Below are positions 1-7,832 of a stretch of 16,949 bases of DNA, in pieces; within the stretch, counting starts at the first letter, position 1; every line of letters starts with the position of its first letter. A model generated the notes under the pieces. That model was not told where the DNA came from and made no database searches. It worked only from the letters and a program-made list of their open reading frames with translations. A program made the position numbers and the translations under genes. Source of the stretch: Candidatus Hydrogenedentota bacterium (GTDB lineage: Bacteria; Hydrogenedentota; Hydrogenedentia; Hydrogenedentales; SLHB01); contig BTVY01000020.1 in the NCBI GenBank assembly GCA_045863335.1, positions 91,722 through 108,670 on the forward strand. Reading direction: 5' to 3'.

Positions 1-153
1 CCCCGGGCTCTTTTTTTTCTCTGGTGGCGCCCCGCGGGCCGCGGGCCCCCCCCCGGCCCCGCGGCCCTTGGGGGTAGAACTGACCCTACCTTGACTTGGG
101 ACCGGAAGTCTGGCCTGCTTCGCGGACCGTGTACCCGGCGCAGCGCAGGAATC

Positions 154-365
154 CACGTGCTGTCTGATGCGCGCATTCCTGTCCCAACGGGACTGTGAGA
201 CCTTAGCCCCAGGTTGCACGGCGGAGTCAAGCATTGGAACACGCCAGACGGGCATCCGTTTTCGAGAACGCTCAGAAAACCGAAAACATGTGCTGCCTGA
301 GGCGCGCTTTCCTGTCCCAGCGGGACTGTGAGCCCTTAGCCCCAGGTTGCACGGCGGAGTCAAGC
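154..365 (+). repeat. 79-bp direct repeat, two copies (154-232 and 287-365)
   Basis: CAcGTGCTGtCTGAtGCGCGCaTTCCTGTCCCAaCGGGACTGTGAGaCCTTAGCCCCAGGTTGCACGGCGGAGTCAAGC recurs 133 bp later with 6 mismatches (73/79 identical, counted by eye). Confidence 0.9.
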
Positions 366-433
366 CTTGTGAGACGGAGGCGTGCTACCTGGGGTACGCT
401 GACCAACACTGACATGGTCTAGCCCGAAGGGCT
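314..433. repeat. Tri-hairpin REP-like element (copy A)
   Basis: Hairpin GTCCC-AGC-GGGAC (314-326); long stem CCCCAGGTTGCACG (340-353) pairing with CGTGCTACCTGGGG (381-394, 13/14); hairpin AGCCC-GAA-GGGCT (421-433). Same geometry as the element at 14931-15031. Confidence 0.7.
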
Positions 434-516
434 TGTGGCCTTCCGCAGCGCGGTTTGAACGTCGCGCGGCGGGTTCGTAAGGTAATGCGGGTCCAACGGC
501 AGAAGGTGTTTCAACC

Positions 517-2349
517 ATGTACGAACTCGTTGCGCGCGCGGGAATGACGCGGGGCGTTACCTGGAGCGTCGGCGAGACTCCCCTGGTCATCGGCCGGGAC
601 CCGGACTGCGGGATCCGTATTACCGATGCGACCGTGTCGCGGCGGCACTGCAAGATAACGCTGCGCAAAGACGCCGTGTGGATCGAAGACCTGGGCAGCG
701 CGAACACCACGCTGGTGAATGGCCGTCCCGCACGTAGCCGCAAACTCGATACGGGCGACGAAATCGCGGTCGGTTCGGTGCGCCTGATGCTTCGGGTTCA
801 CGAACCGGACATGGAGGCCGCCCCCTTCGAGGCCCGCACCGACGGCTCCACCATTGTCATGGCTCAGAAGGCGGTCGCCTTTCTCAAGCACGAAAGAGCC
901 GCCATCTTCGAGCGCGACCTGTCGCGCACCGTGGCGGACCTTGCCGACCTCTTTCAGTTGTCGCAGCGGCTCTGGGAGGTAAGCAGTTCGTTCAAGGCGG
1001 TCGATGAGTTTCTCGACTGGAGCCGGCAACGGCTGCGCTGGAAGTGTTGCTCCGTCTACCTCGTGCGGGGGGACGACGAGCCGCCGGAGGAATTGCGGAC
1101 CGAAGGGCCGTGTCCTGACATGGGGGATGCGGTCGCCCGGGCCGTATCCAGTTTTTCGGGAATGCTGGTTCCCCTCCAGAAGAGCCAGGGCGAAGGTTTG
1201 CCGTTTGAGACCCTCGCCGTGGCCCCCATCGTCCTCGGCGACCGCGTACTCGGGGCTATCGCGCTCGTTTCGGGACCGGAAACGACGGTGTACGACGAGA
1301 GCGATCTGCAACTGCTCATGGCGGCGGCCAATTCGTTCGCGCCGTTTCTCCACTCCTTCTCCCTCATCGAGGAGATGCGCGAAGAGAACGAACAGTTGCG
1401 CCTGGCCCATCCCGACAAGCCAGTCCTGGTGGGCACGAGCCGTGCCATGGGCCGTTTGCGTTCCGCCGTTCGCAAGGCCGCCCAGAGTTCCCTCCCGGTA
1501 ATCATCCAGGGGGAAACGGGCACGGGCAAGGAACTGGTCGCCCATCTCATCCATGAGTTGTCGGCGAGGCGGGACATGCCCTACTTCGCGATCAATTGCG
1601 CGGCCATTCCGCGCGAGTTGTTCGAGAGCGAAATGTTCGGTTACGAGCGGGGCGCCTTCACGGGCGCGACGACCGCGAAGCCGGGGATCGTGCGCACCTG
1701 CGACGGCGGCTCGCTCTTTCTCGATGAGATCGGCGACTTGTCGTTGGAGAACCAGGCGAAACTGCTTCGGTTCCTCGACAGCGGAACCTTTCGCCCGGTG
1801 GGCGGGGTGCAAGAGGTGGCCGTGGATGTGCGCTTGATCGCGGCCACCAACCGGGACTTGCGCGAGGCCGTTTCCGCCGGCGCCTTCCGCAAGGACCTGT
1901 TCTATCGCTTGGAAGGCGTGTCCCTCCGAACGCCCTCCCTTGCCGAACGTCCTTCGGATATTCCGGTGCTCCTGCGCCACTTCGTCGAAATGGCGCGCCG
2001 TCACCCCAGCACGCGGATTCAATCCATACACCCCGATGCCCTGGACGAACTGGTGCAAAGGTCGTGGCCGGGCAACGTGCGCGAACTGCGCAACGCGGTG
2101 AATCGGGCAATTGCCAATAGCACCGGCACAGAGCTGACCCTGAAAAACTTCGACTCGGCACCGTCGATCGAGCCGTGGGATACGTCGAGGACCTTAGAGC
2201 AGCATGAATCGGAGTACATCGCCCGGGTGCTGCAACACCACGGGGGGCGCGTCGTCGCCGCAGCGGCAAGCCTGGGCATCGCCCGCTCCACGCTCTACGA
2301 AAAGCTGGCGAAATACGGAATCAAAGCCCCCGTCGAGCCCGCCCGGTAG
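517..2349 (+). CDS. Sigma54-dependent enhancer-binding transcriptional activator (FHA + GAF-like + AAA+ + Fis HTH), 610 aa
   Basis: FHA motifs IGRDPD..VSRRH..EDLGSANTTLVNG; GAF-like segment LAVAPIVLGDRVLGAI..YDESDLQLL; Walker A GETGTGKE; ESEMFGYERGAFTGA; Walker B LFLDEIGDL; AATNRDL; FRKDLFYRL; WPGNVREL; C-terminal HTH AAASLGIARSTLYEKL. Confidence 0.95.
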   Translation: MYELVARAGMTRGVTWSVGETPLVIGRDPDCGIRITDATVSRRHCKITLRKDAVWIEDLGSANTTLVNGRPARSRKLDTGDEIAVGSVRLMLRVHEPDMEAAPFEARTDGSTIVMAQKAVAFLKHERAAIFERDLSRTVADLADLFQLSQRLWEVSSSFKAVDEFLDWSRQRLRWKCCSVYLVRGDDEPPEELRTEGPCPDMGDAVARAVSSFSGMLVPLQKSQGEGLPFETLAVAPIVLGDRVLGAIALVSGPETTVYDESDLQLLMAAANSFAPFLHSFSLIEEMREENEQLRLAHPDKPVLVGTSRAMGRLRSAVRKAAQSSLPVIIQGETGTGKELVAHLIHELSARRDMPYFAINCAAIPRELFESEMFGYERGAFTGATTAKPGIVRTCDGGSLFLDEIGDLSLENQAKLLRFLDSGTFRPVGGVQEVAVDVRLIAATNRDLREAVSAGAFRKDLFYRLEGVSLRTPSLAERPSDIPVLLRHFVEMARRHPSTRIQSIHPDALDELVQRSWPGNVRELRNAVNRAIANSTGTELTLKNFDSAPSIEPWDTSRTLEQHESEYIARVLQHHGGRVVAAAASLGIARSTLYEKLAKYGIKAPVEPAR

Positions 2350-2642
2350 TTTAGAAACTCCGTGTGCGGTCGCCCTGCGTTCCCATCGCCGTCGGCCCGC
2401 GGATGATTCCGTCCGCACATCGGATGGCTACCACGCTCTTCCGCAAAAGGGAATGCCCGCCTCACGCGGCGGTGTTTCACCACTACGAGGGAACGCGCCC
2501 CGCGTCGGCATGGAGGATTTCTCTTCGCAACTTTCAATTGGGTCTGGTCTTTCGTATGCTCACGGGGTGGCTGGCAGAGGGCCCCGCTTTTCCGGTTTTT
2601 GGGCTCCCGTTCATTGGAACATCACCATGAAAGGAATCTGTT

Positions 2643-3587
2643 GTGGCAACCGTCAATCTGGTAACCGGTGGCGCAGGCTTCATCGGATCGCATCTCTGCG
2701 AAGAACTGCTGAAACGGGGCGACCAGGTCATTTGCCTTGACAATTTTTTCACGGGCCGTAAACGCAACGTCGAACACCTCATCGGCAACCCGAGTCTCGA
2801 GCTGATCCGGCACGACGTGATCGAGCCCATCCTGCTCGAAGTGGACCGCATCTACAACCTGGCCTGCCCCGCGTCCCCGATTCACTATCAATACAATCCC
2901 GTCAAGACGATCAAGACCAACGTGATGGGCGCGCTGAACATGCTGGGGCTCGCCAAGCGTGTGAAGGCGCGAGTGCTTCAGGCGTCCACGTCTGAAATCT
3001 ACGGCGATCCACAAGTACATCCGCAACCGGAGTCGTACTGGGGTAACGTCAACACCATCGGCGTCCGCAGTTGTTACGACGAAGGCAAGCGCGTCACCGA
3101 AACCCTCTTCTTCGACTACCACCGTCAAAACGACGTCGACATCCGCGTCGTCCGTATCTTCAACACCTACGGACCCAAGATGCTGATCAACGACGGCCGC
3201 GTCGTCAGCAATTTCATCGTGCAGGCCTTGCGCGGTGAACCGATTACGATCTACGGGGACGGCAGCCAGACCCGTTCGTTCTGTTATGTCGACGACCTCG
3301 TCGATGGAATCATTCGCATGATGGATGCCGATGGATTCACCGGACCCGTCAACCTCGGAAACCCGGGCGAATTCACGATACGCGAGTTGGCCGAACTGGT
3401 CATCGAACTCACCGGCAGCAAATCGAAGATCGAAACCCGCCCGCTGCCCGCGGACGATCCCACGCGAAGGAAACCCGTTATCGATCTGGCAAAAGAGCGT
3501 TTGGGGTGGGAACCCAAGATCCCGCTGTCCGAAGGCCTGCCCCTGACCATCAAGTACTTCGACCACGCGATCAAGACGACCAAGTAA
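2643..3587 (+). CDS. uxs: UDP-glucuronate decarboxylase (UDP-xylose synthase), extended SDR family, 314 aa
   Basis: VTGGAGFIG Rossmann motif, [28 protein letters not shown] (YxxxK), [27 protein letters not shown]; GTG start preceded by AAAGGAA. Confidence 0.92.
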   Translation: MATVNLVTGGAGFIGSHLCEELLKRGDQVICLDNFFTGRKRNVEHLIGNPSLELIRHDVIEPILLEVDRIYNLACPASPIHYQYNPVKTIKTNVMGALNMLGLAKRVKARVLQASTSEIYGDPQVHPQPESYWGNVNTIGVRSCYDEGKRVTETLFFDYHRQNDVDIRVVRIFNTYGPKMLINDGRVVSNFIVQALRGEPITIYGDGSQTRSFCYVDDLVDGIIRMMDADGFTGPVNLGNPGEFTIRELAELVIELTGSKSKIETRPLPADDPTRRKPVIDLAKERLGWEPKIPLSEGLPLTIKYFDHAIKTTK

Positions 3588-3642
3588 CGCGTTCGTCATT
3601 GGCGTACAGATGGACCCATCCATCCCTGCGCTCCGCCTCCAG

Positions 3643-3671
3643 TTGAAGTGCCCCGGCCGCTCGGTTACCGT
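3643..3671 (+). promoter_or_regulatory. Putative sigma70-type promoter for the symporter
   Basis: TTGAAG (3643-3648), 17-nt spacer, TACCGT (3666-3671), about 105 nt upstream of the GTG at 3778. Pattern match only. Confidence 0.35.
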
Positions 3672-3777
3672 GTAGCGCGTCATTGCACGGGCACGCTCGC
3701 TCGAATCTCGCAGAGCGAGATCGAGACGCTGCCCAGGGGGAGCCGGCCAACGCCGGCATGACTGGCGGGAGGTCGGC

Positions 3778-5355
3778 GTGGGCATCTTCACCGATAGCTT
3801 GTACGGCACCGAGTGGGCCATGGTCGCCGTGTTCATCGGGGCCGTGGTCTATTGGGGCTGGCGCATGCACAGCAAGGCCGACACCATGGAATCGGCCTTC
3901 CTCGCGGGGCGCAACGTCAACGGCATCATCGCGTCCTTCTCCACCGTCGCCACCAACCTCAACGCGAACGACTTCCTCGGCCTCACCGGCGCGGTCTACG
4001 CCGTCGGCATCGTCATGTCTCACGGCGTCTTCATGGGCAGCCTCGTGCTTCTGATTGCGGCGCTTATCCTCATGCCGCGCCTTCGCGCGCTCAACGTCTA
4101 TTCCCTCGGCGGCTGGCTCGAGCGCCGCTACAACAAACCCATCGGCGTCGCCTACAGCGTCGTCTGGACCTTCGTATGGATGCTGTTCAATCTCGGCCTC
4201 TACATCTACGCAGGCTCGAAGGTGTTGGAAACGCTCCTGGGCTGGGACCTGGAAGCTTGCATCTTTCTGCTCACGATTGTCGCCGCGCTCTACACGCTGA
4301 TGGGCGGTTTCGGCGCCGTCGTGGCCACGGACGTGCTTCAACTGGCGCTCATGTTCTTCCCGCTTGTGATCCTGTCCGGATGTTGCCTCGTGGAGATGGG
4401 CGGATTGTCCGGTCTCGCCGCACGGCTGCCCGAAAGCCATAGCAATTTCTGGGCGATGCGATCGGATCTGGGCTATCTCCCAGTTGCCCTCTTCGGCATG
4501 TTCTTCATGGGCATGAGTTACTGGTCCTGCGAGGCCCAGGTTGTGCAGCGCCCCCTCGCATCCAAAGATCCGGAAAACGCCAGCATCAGTTATCTCGGCG
4601 CATCCATGTGGTACGCGGTACTCGTGCCAGTCGTCATCATCGTTCCCGGTTTGACGGCACGCGTCCTTTATCCGGAACTCAGCAACAACGACCACGCTAT
4701 GCCGGAATTGATCAAGCACTACCTGCCCACGGGATTGTACGGCGTGGCGGTCGTCGGCCTCATCGCCGGTTTCCTGTCCAGCGCCGACTCCCAAATCAAC
4801 GCCTTCTGCACCATGTTCACTGCGGATCTCTACCAGCGCTTCGTGAGCCCGGGCCGCTCCGAGTCGCACTACGTGGGCGTTTCGCGCATCGCCGGCGTCA
4901 TCGGCACCTGCGTCGCCGTCGGCGCGGCCTTCGCCTTCAAGTACGCGGAAGAAGGGATGTTCCTCTTCGCCGTTGGCGTACTGGCCGTCATCATGCCACC
5001 CTTCGGCGCCATCACTATCCTTGGCGCCACCATGAACCGCATCAACAACCGCGGCGCCATGTCCGGCCTCGTCGTGGGTGGTATTGTCGCGATTGCCCTT
5101 TTCGTTGCGTCGCGACTGGGAATGCTCAAAACGATTGCCGAAAACGACCTCTACTTCCGCGGCACCGTGACCTTCGCGCTGACCGCCGCCATCGCGCTGA
5201 TCGTGAGCTATCTGTCGCCGCCCGGCGCCTTCACCAGCCGCTCGGATGCTGCCTCGGCCGCCTACGTTTCCACGCCACGCGTGAAACGCACCGCCGCCGC
5301 GCTGTTTTTCGTCACTTTCGCCGCCTATGTATTCTGGACGTCCGTGTTTTCGTAG
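3778..5355 (+). CDS. Sodium:solute symporter (SSS/SLC5 family), substrate unknown, 525 aa
   Basis: Many hydrophobic segments; family motifs FLAGR, STVATN, WLERRY, YTLMGGFGAVVATDVLQ, QVVQRPLASK, IAGFLSSADSQINA..DLY; GTG start with RBS GGGAGG. Confidence 0.92.
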   Translation: MGIFTDSLYGTEWAMVAVFIGAVVYWGWRMHSKADTMESAFLAGRNVNGIIASFSTVATNLNANDFLGLTGAVYAVGIVMSHGVFMGSLVLLIAALILMPRLRALNVYSLGGWLERRYNKPIGVAYSVVWTFVWMLFNLGLYIYAGSKVLETLLGWDLEACIFLLTIVAALYTLMGGFGAVVATDVLQLALMFFPLVILSGCCLVEMGGLSGLAARLPESHSNFWAMRSDLGYLPVALFGMFFMGMSYWSCEAQVVQRPLASKDPENASISYLGASMWYAVLVPVVIIVPGLTARVLYPELSNNDHAMPELIKHYLPTGLYGVAVVGLIAGFLSSADSQINAFCTMFTADLYQRFVSPGRSESHYVGVSRIAGVIGTCVAVGAAFAFKYAEEGMFLFAVGVLAVIMPPFGAITILGATMNRINNRGAMSGLVVGGIVAIALFVASRLGMLKTIAENDLYFRGTVTFALTAAIALIVSYLSPPGAFTSRSDAASAAYVSTPRVKRTAAALFFVTFAAYVFWTSVFS

Positions 5356-5381
5356 ACTCGAACCGGGAGCAACCGAAACGT

Positions 5382-5582
5382 ATGGACATCAAACTTCTGA
5401 ACGGAGCCGTAATCGCCGTGCTCGGAGTACTGGTCATCCTGACGCCGTTGGTCAAAGAGATGAGTGAACGCGACACGCGGCTAAACCTCATCGCCGGCGG
5501 AGTTCTCGTAATGGGAGGTGCATTACTCCTCGCGCTCTACATTCGCGAGCGCCGGCAGTCCCCTCCGTCGAAGGACGGCTGA
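5382..5582 (+). CDS. Small two-TM membrane protein, 66 aa
   Basis: ATG at 5382, 26 nt after the symporter stop, with GGGAG upstream. Sequence MDIKLLNGAVIAVLGVLVILTPLVKEMSERDTRLNLIAGGVLVMGGALLLALYIRERRQSPPSKDG has two hydrophobic helices and a basic tail. It is the 3' part of the ORF-track entry 4608..5582. Confidence 0.75.
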   Translation: MDIKLLNGAVIAVLGVLVILTPLVKEMSERDTRLNLIAGGVLVMGGALLLALYIRERRQSPPSKDG

Positions 5583-5593
5583 TCCAGGGACAT

Positions 5594-6547
5594 CTACTCT
5601 GCCTTCTGGAGTTCCGTCCTCAACGTGTTCGCCGCGTCGATCGCCAGCGCGCGTTCCGCAACAAACGTCACGCCCCCAACATACGGCCCCTCCGCAAACA
5701 CGACATCGTAATATCCCCCGCCCATATCCGCCACATGAAGCGATGTCTCCCCGTCGACCAATTCCTCCGCATCATCGCCGTACTTCTTCATGTAGTCGAC
5801 GAACGCGTCGCGCGTTTCTCGCGCATTCGCTTCGGCCTCCCGCTTCGCCACAAACGCCGTGACCTCCGCTTCGCCGTAGCGATACTGCGCGGTGAACGTG
5901 TCCTCCATAAAGCTGAGGCTCATCGCATCAACCATGAAATACTGAATCGAGCCCGGCACCAGGTTCTTTTCCGGCAGCACCGTCAAACCCCAAAGCGATT
6001 CCCCGGAATCCGGCAACGCGTTCGCCAGCCCGCCCGCAATCCGTTGCTGGGCTTCGCGTACTTCCGGCGCTTCGCTGGACCCCAGGACCGTCGCGTAGTA
6101 CGCACCCTTCCAGAAGAACGCGTCCGTATCCGTCCGGTACCCTTCCCTCCCCCACGCCGCCGCTTCCCAATCCCCCCATCGCTCGACGCTGTACACGCCG
6201 AACCCGCCAGCCACGCTTCCCATGTCGTAGAGGAAGACATCAACAAAATCTGTGGGATGCCCGGTACGCGTATACGTGGCAAACACCATCCCGCGCACGC
6301 CGTAGGACATGTACAACTCAGATCGGCCGTTGATCTTGTCGTAGAGGTTCTCGACCACGTACCGCTCGACGGGCGAACGCTCCCACCCTTCCACGTCGAC
6401 GCCCGATAACGCGGCAGCAATCGTGGAGGTAAGCTTATCGAGCTGCACAGGTTCCACTGCGGTCCCGCCGCCGCCATCATCCTCTTGGCCAAGCGCCACC
6501 AAGCCTGTGAATACAACGGCACAAACGACGATCGTGCGAAGATACAT
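5594..6547 (-). CDS. Secreted DUF6599-like protein of unknown function, 317 aa
   Basis: ATG at 6547 with RBS GGAAGGA; Sec-type signal MYLRTIVVCAVVFTGLVALG; motifs ENLYDKINGRSELYMSYG and VFLYDMGSVAGGFGVYS, which I recognise as DUF6599-like and which are shared with the 12007..13122 product. Confidence 0.8.
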   Translation of the reverse strand: MYLRTIVVCAVVFTGLVALGQEDDGGGGTAVEPVQLDKLTSTIAAALSGVDVEGWERSPVERYVVENLYDKINGRSELYMSYGVRGMVFATYTRTGHPTDFVDVFLYDMGSVAGGFGVYSVERWGDWEAAAWGREGYRTDTDAFFWKGAYYATVLGSSEAPEVREAQQRIAGGLANALPDSGESLWGLTVLPEKNLVPGSIQYFMVDAMSLSFMEDTFTAQYRYGEAEVTAFVAKREAEANARETRDAFVDYMKKYGDDAEELVDGETSLHVADMGGGYYDVVFAEGPYVGGVTFVAERALAIDAANTLRTELQKAE

Positions 6548-6599
6548 CTGAACAGTTCCTTCCAAAGCGCCCAGCATAGCGCGGAGTTACGCAAACGTC

Positions 6600-6628
6600 T
6601 TGACCGCAGTCGCATCTTGCGATACTGT
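6600..6628 (+). promoter_or_regulatory. Putative sigma70-type promoter overlapped by an imperfect inverted repeat
   Basis: TTGACC (6600-6605), 17-nt spacer, TACTGT (6623-6628) in the divergent intergenic region; the dyad CAGTCGCA-TCT-TGCGATACTG overlaps it. Confidence 0.4.
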
Positions 6629-6693
6629 GAAGCCTTAGTCTAGCTGCAAGTCCGGTTCGAAATGCAAGGTCCTACGACGTGGGAGACCCTATC

Positions 6694-7731
6694 ATGAAAC
6701 CGTCCGATCGATCCGCAGGGATAAACCGCCGCACCTTCATGCAAACCTCGGCCGCTTCGTTGGCCGCAGCCGCCGCGCTTCCGGGACGCGCTCACGCGCA
6801 AGATGCCGAACTCGACCGGCGTCACGAAGTCGAAGGCATGCCCTACCAGAAGCTCGGCAAGACCAACTTCATGTGCAGCCGGCTCGTCTTCGGATGCGGC
6901 GCCGCGCTCGCGGGCGGCAAGGCGGTGCGCTTGCTCGATCGCGCATTGGAAGCGGGCATCAACTTCTATGACGTCGGGTCGAACGTCTACTACAAGGGGA
7001 GCGAGCAACACCTCGCCCCCTTCATGAAAGCCAACCGCGACGCCATCTGGGTTACCTCCAAAGCCCCCGTCCGCGCGCCGGAAGGCCACGAGCCCGGCAC
7101 GCCGCTTACGGTCGCGCAGGGCAAGGAAGTCGCCGCGTACTGGACCGGCCTCCTCGAGAACAGCCTGCGCGACCTTGACACCGACTACATCGACGCCTAT
7201 TACCTGATGGCCGTCGGCGAACCCGCCATCGTCCGCAGCGAAGAAGTCCATCAAGCCTTTCTCGACGCGAAACAGGCCGGCAAGATCGGCCACTTCGGCG
7301 TCAGCACGCACAAGCAGGCGCACGAAGTCCTGGAAGCCATGATCGAAACCGGCTGGTACAGCCTCGCGATGATCGCCATCACGCCCGCCGGCTGGTACGA
7401 CTGGGATTCCAAGAGCATCCTGGCCGGCACCGCATCAATGCAAAACCTCCGTCCCGTGCTCGATCGCGCGCGCGAAGCGGGCATCGGCCTCGTCGGCATG
7501 AAGGCAGCCCGGTTCCTCGCCAGTCCCGGCGCAGGTGGCAAGAACGACGCGACCGCCTTCGACCGCTACTACGACCAGAAGGTGCTGGACGCCCCGTTGA
7601 CGCCGTTCCAACGAAGCTACGCCTACGTCCTCGCCAATGGCGTGGACGTTGTCAACTCCGACATGCAAAACTTCGAGCACTTCGAAGCCAACCTCTCGGC
7701 CGTGAAAGAAGCGCCTCGCTACTTCACATAA
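6694..7731 (+). CDS. Tat-signal aldo/keto reductase family protein without Fe-S tail, 345 aa
   Basis: ATG at 6694 with RBS GGGAG; Tat signal INRRTFMQ...AHA; AKR motifs MPYQKLGKT..SRLVFG, GINFYDVGSNVY, VTSK, ENSLRDLDTDYID, AKQAGKIGHFGVSTH, IGLVGMK. Confidence 0.88.
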   Translation: MKPSDRSAGINRRTFMQTSAASLAAAAALPGRAHAQDAELDRRHEVEGMPYQKLGKTNFMCSRLVFGCGAALAGGKAVRLLDRALEAGINFYDVGSNVYYKGSEQHLAPFMKANRDAIWVTSKAPVRAPEGHEPGTPLTVAQGKEVAAYWTGLLENSLRDLDTDYIDAYYLMAVGEPAIVRSEEVHQAFLDAKQAGKIGHFGVSTHKQAHEVLEAMIETGWYSLAMIAITPAGWYDWDSKSILAGTASMQNLRPVLDRAREAGIGLVGMKAARFLASPGAGGKNDATAFDRYYDQKVLDAPLTPFQRSYAYVLANGVDVVNSDMQNFEHFEANLSAVKEAPRYFT

Positions 7732-7740
7732 TGTTCCCAA

Positions 7741-7821
7741 ATGTAGCGCAGGCGTCCTCGCCTGCATTCTTTTGAGTCGCACCTTATTCTCAGAATGCAG
7801 GCGGGGACGCCTGCGCTACAT
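7741..7821. repeat. GTAG-type REP doublet (REPIN-like) between convergent genes; possible bidirectional terminator or mRNA stabiliser
   Basis: ATGTAGCGCAGGCGTCCTCGCCTGCATTCT (7741-7770) and its reverse complement at 7792-7821 (29/30). Each arm is GTAG followed by an internal palindrome GCAGGCG..CGCCTGC. Confidence 0.85.
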
Positions 7822-7832
7822 ATTTCAACGAT

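Noticed and set aside
1-75. Poly-T, poly-C and poly-G runs with GC palindromes at the window start
   Set aside because: Looks like low-quality or low-complexity contig-end sequence; no supportable feature.
154-365. Possible CRISPR array
   Set aside because: Only two units, a 79-bp repeat is too long, and there are no cas genes; better explained as a REP-like duplication.
511-2058. 515-aa minus-strand ORF
   Set aside because: Antisense shadow of the sigma54 activator, typical of high-GC DNA; no motifs of its own.
2572-2588. TGGCAGAGGGCCCCGCT as a sigma54 promoter
   Set aside because: GG-to-GC spacing is 11 nt rather than the required 10, and there is no TT before the GC.
2622-4869. Long minus-strand ORFs 2622..3836 and 3571..4869
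   Set aside because: Antisense shadows of uxs and the symporter.
4608-5381. Arg/His-rich N-terminal 258 aa of ORF 4608..5582
   Set aside because: Alternative frame overlapping the symporter; only the part from ATG 5382 looks like a real protein.
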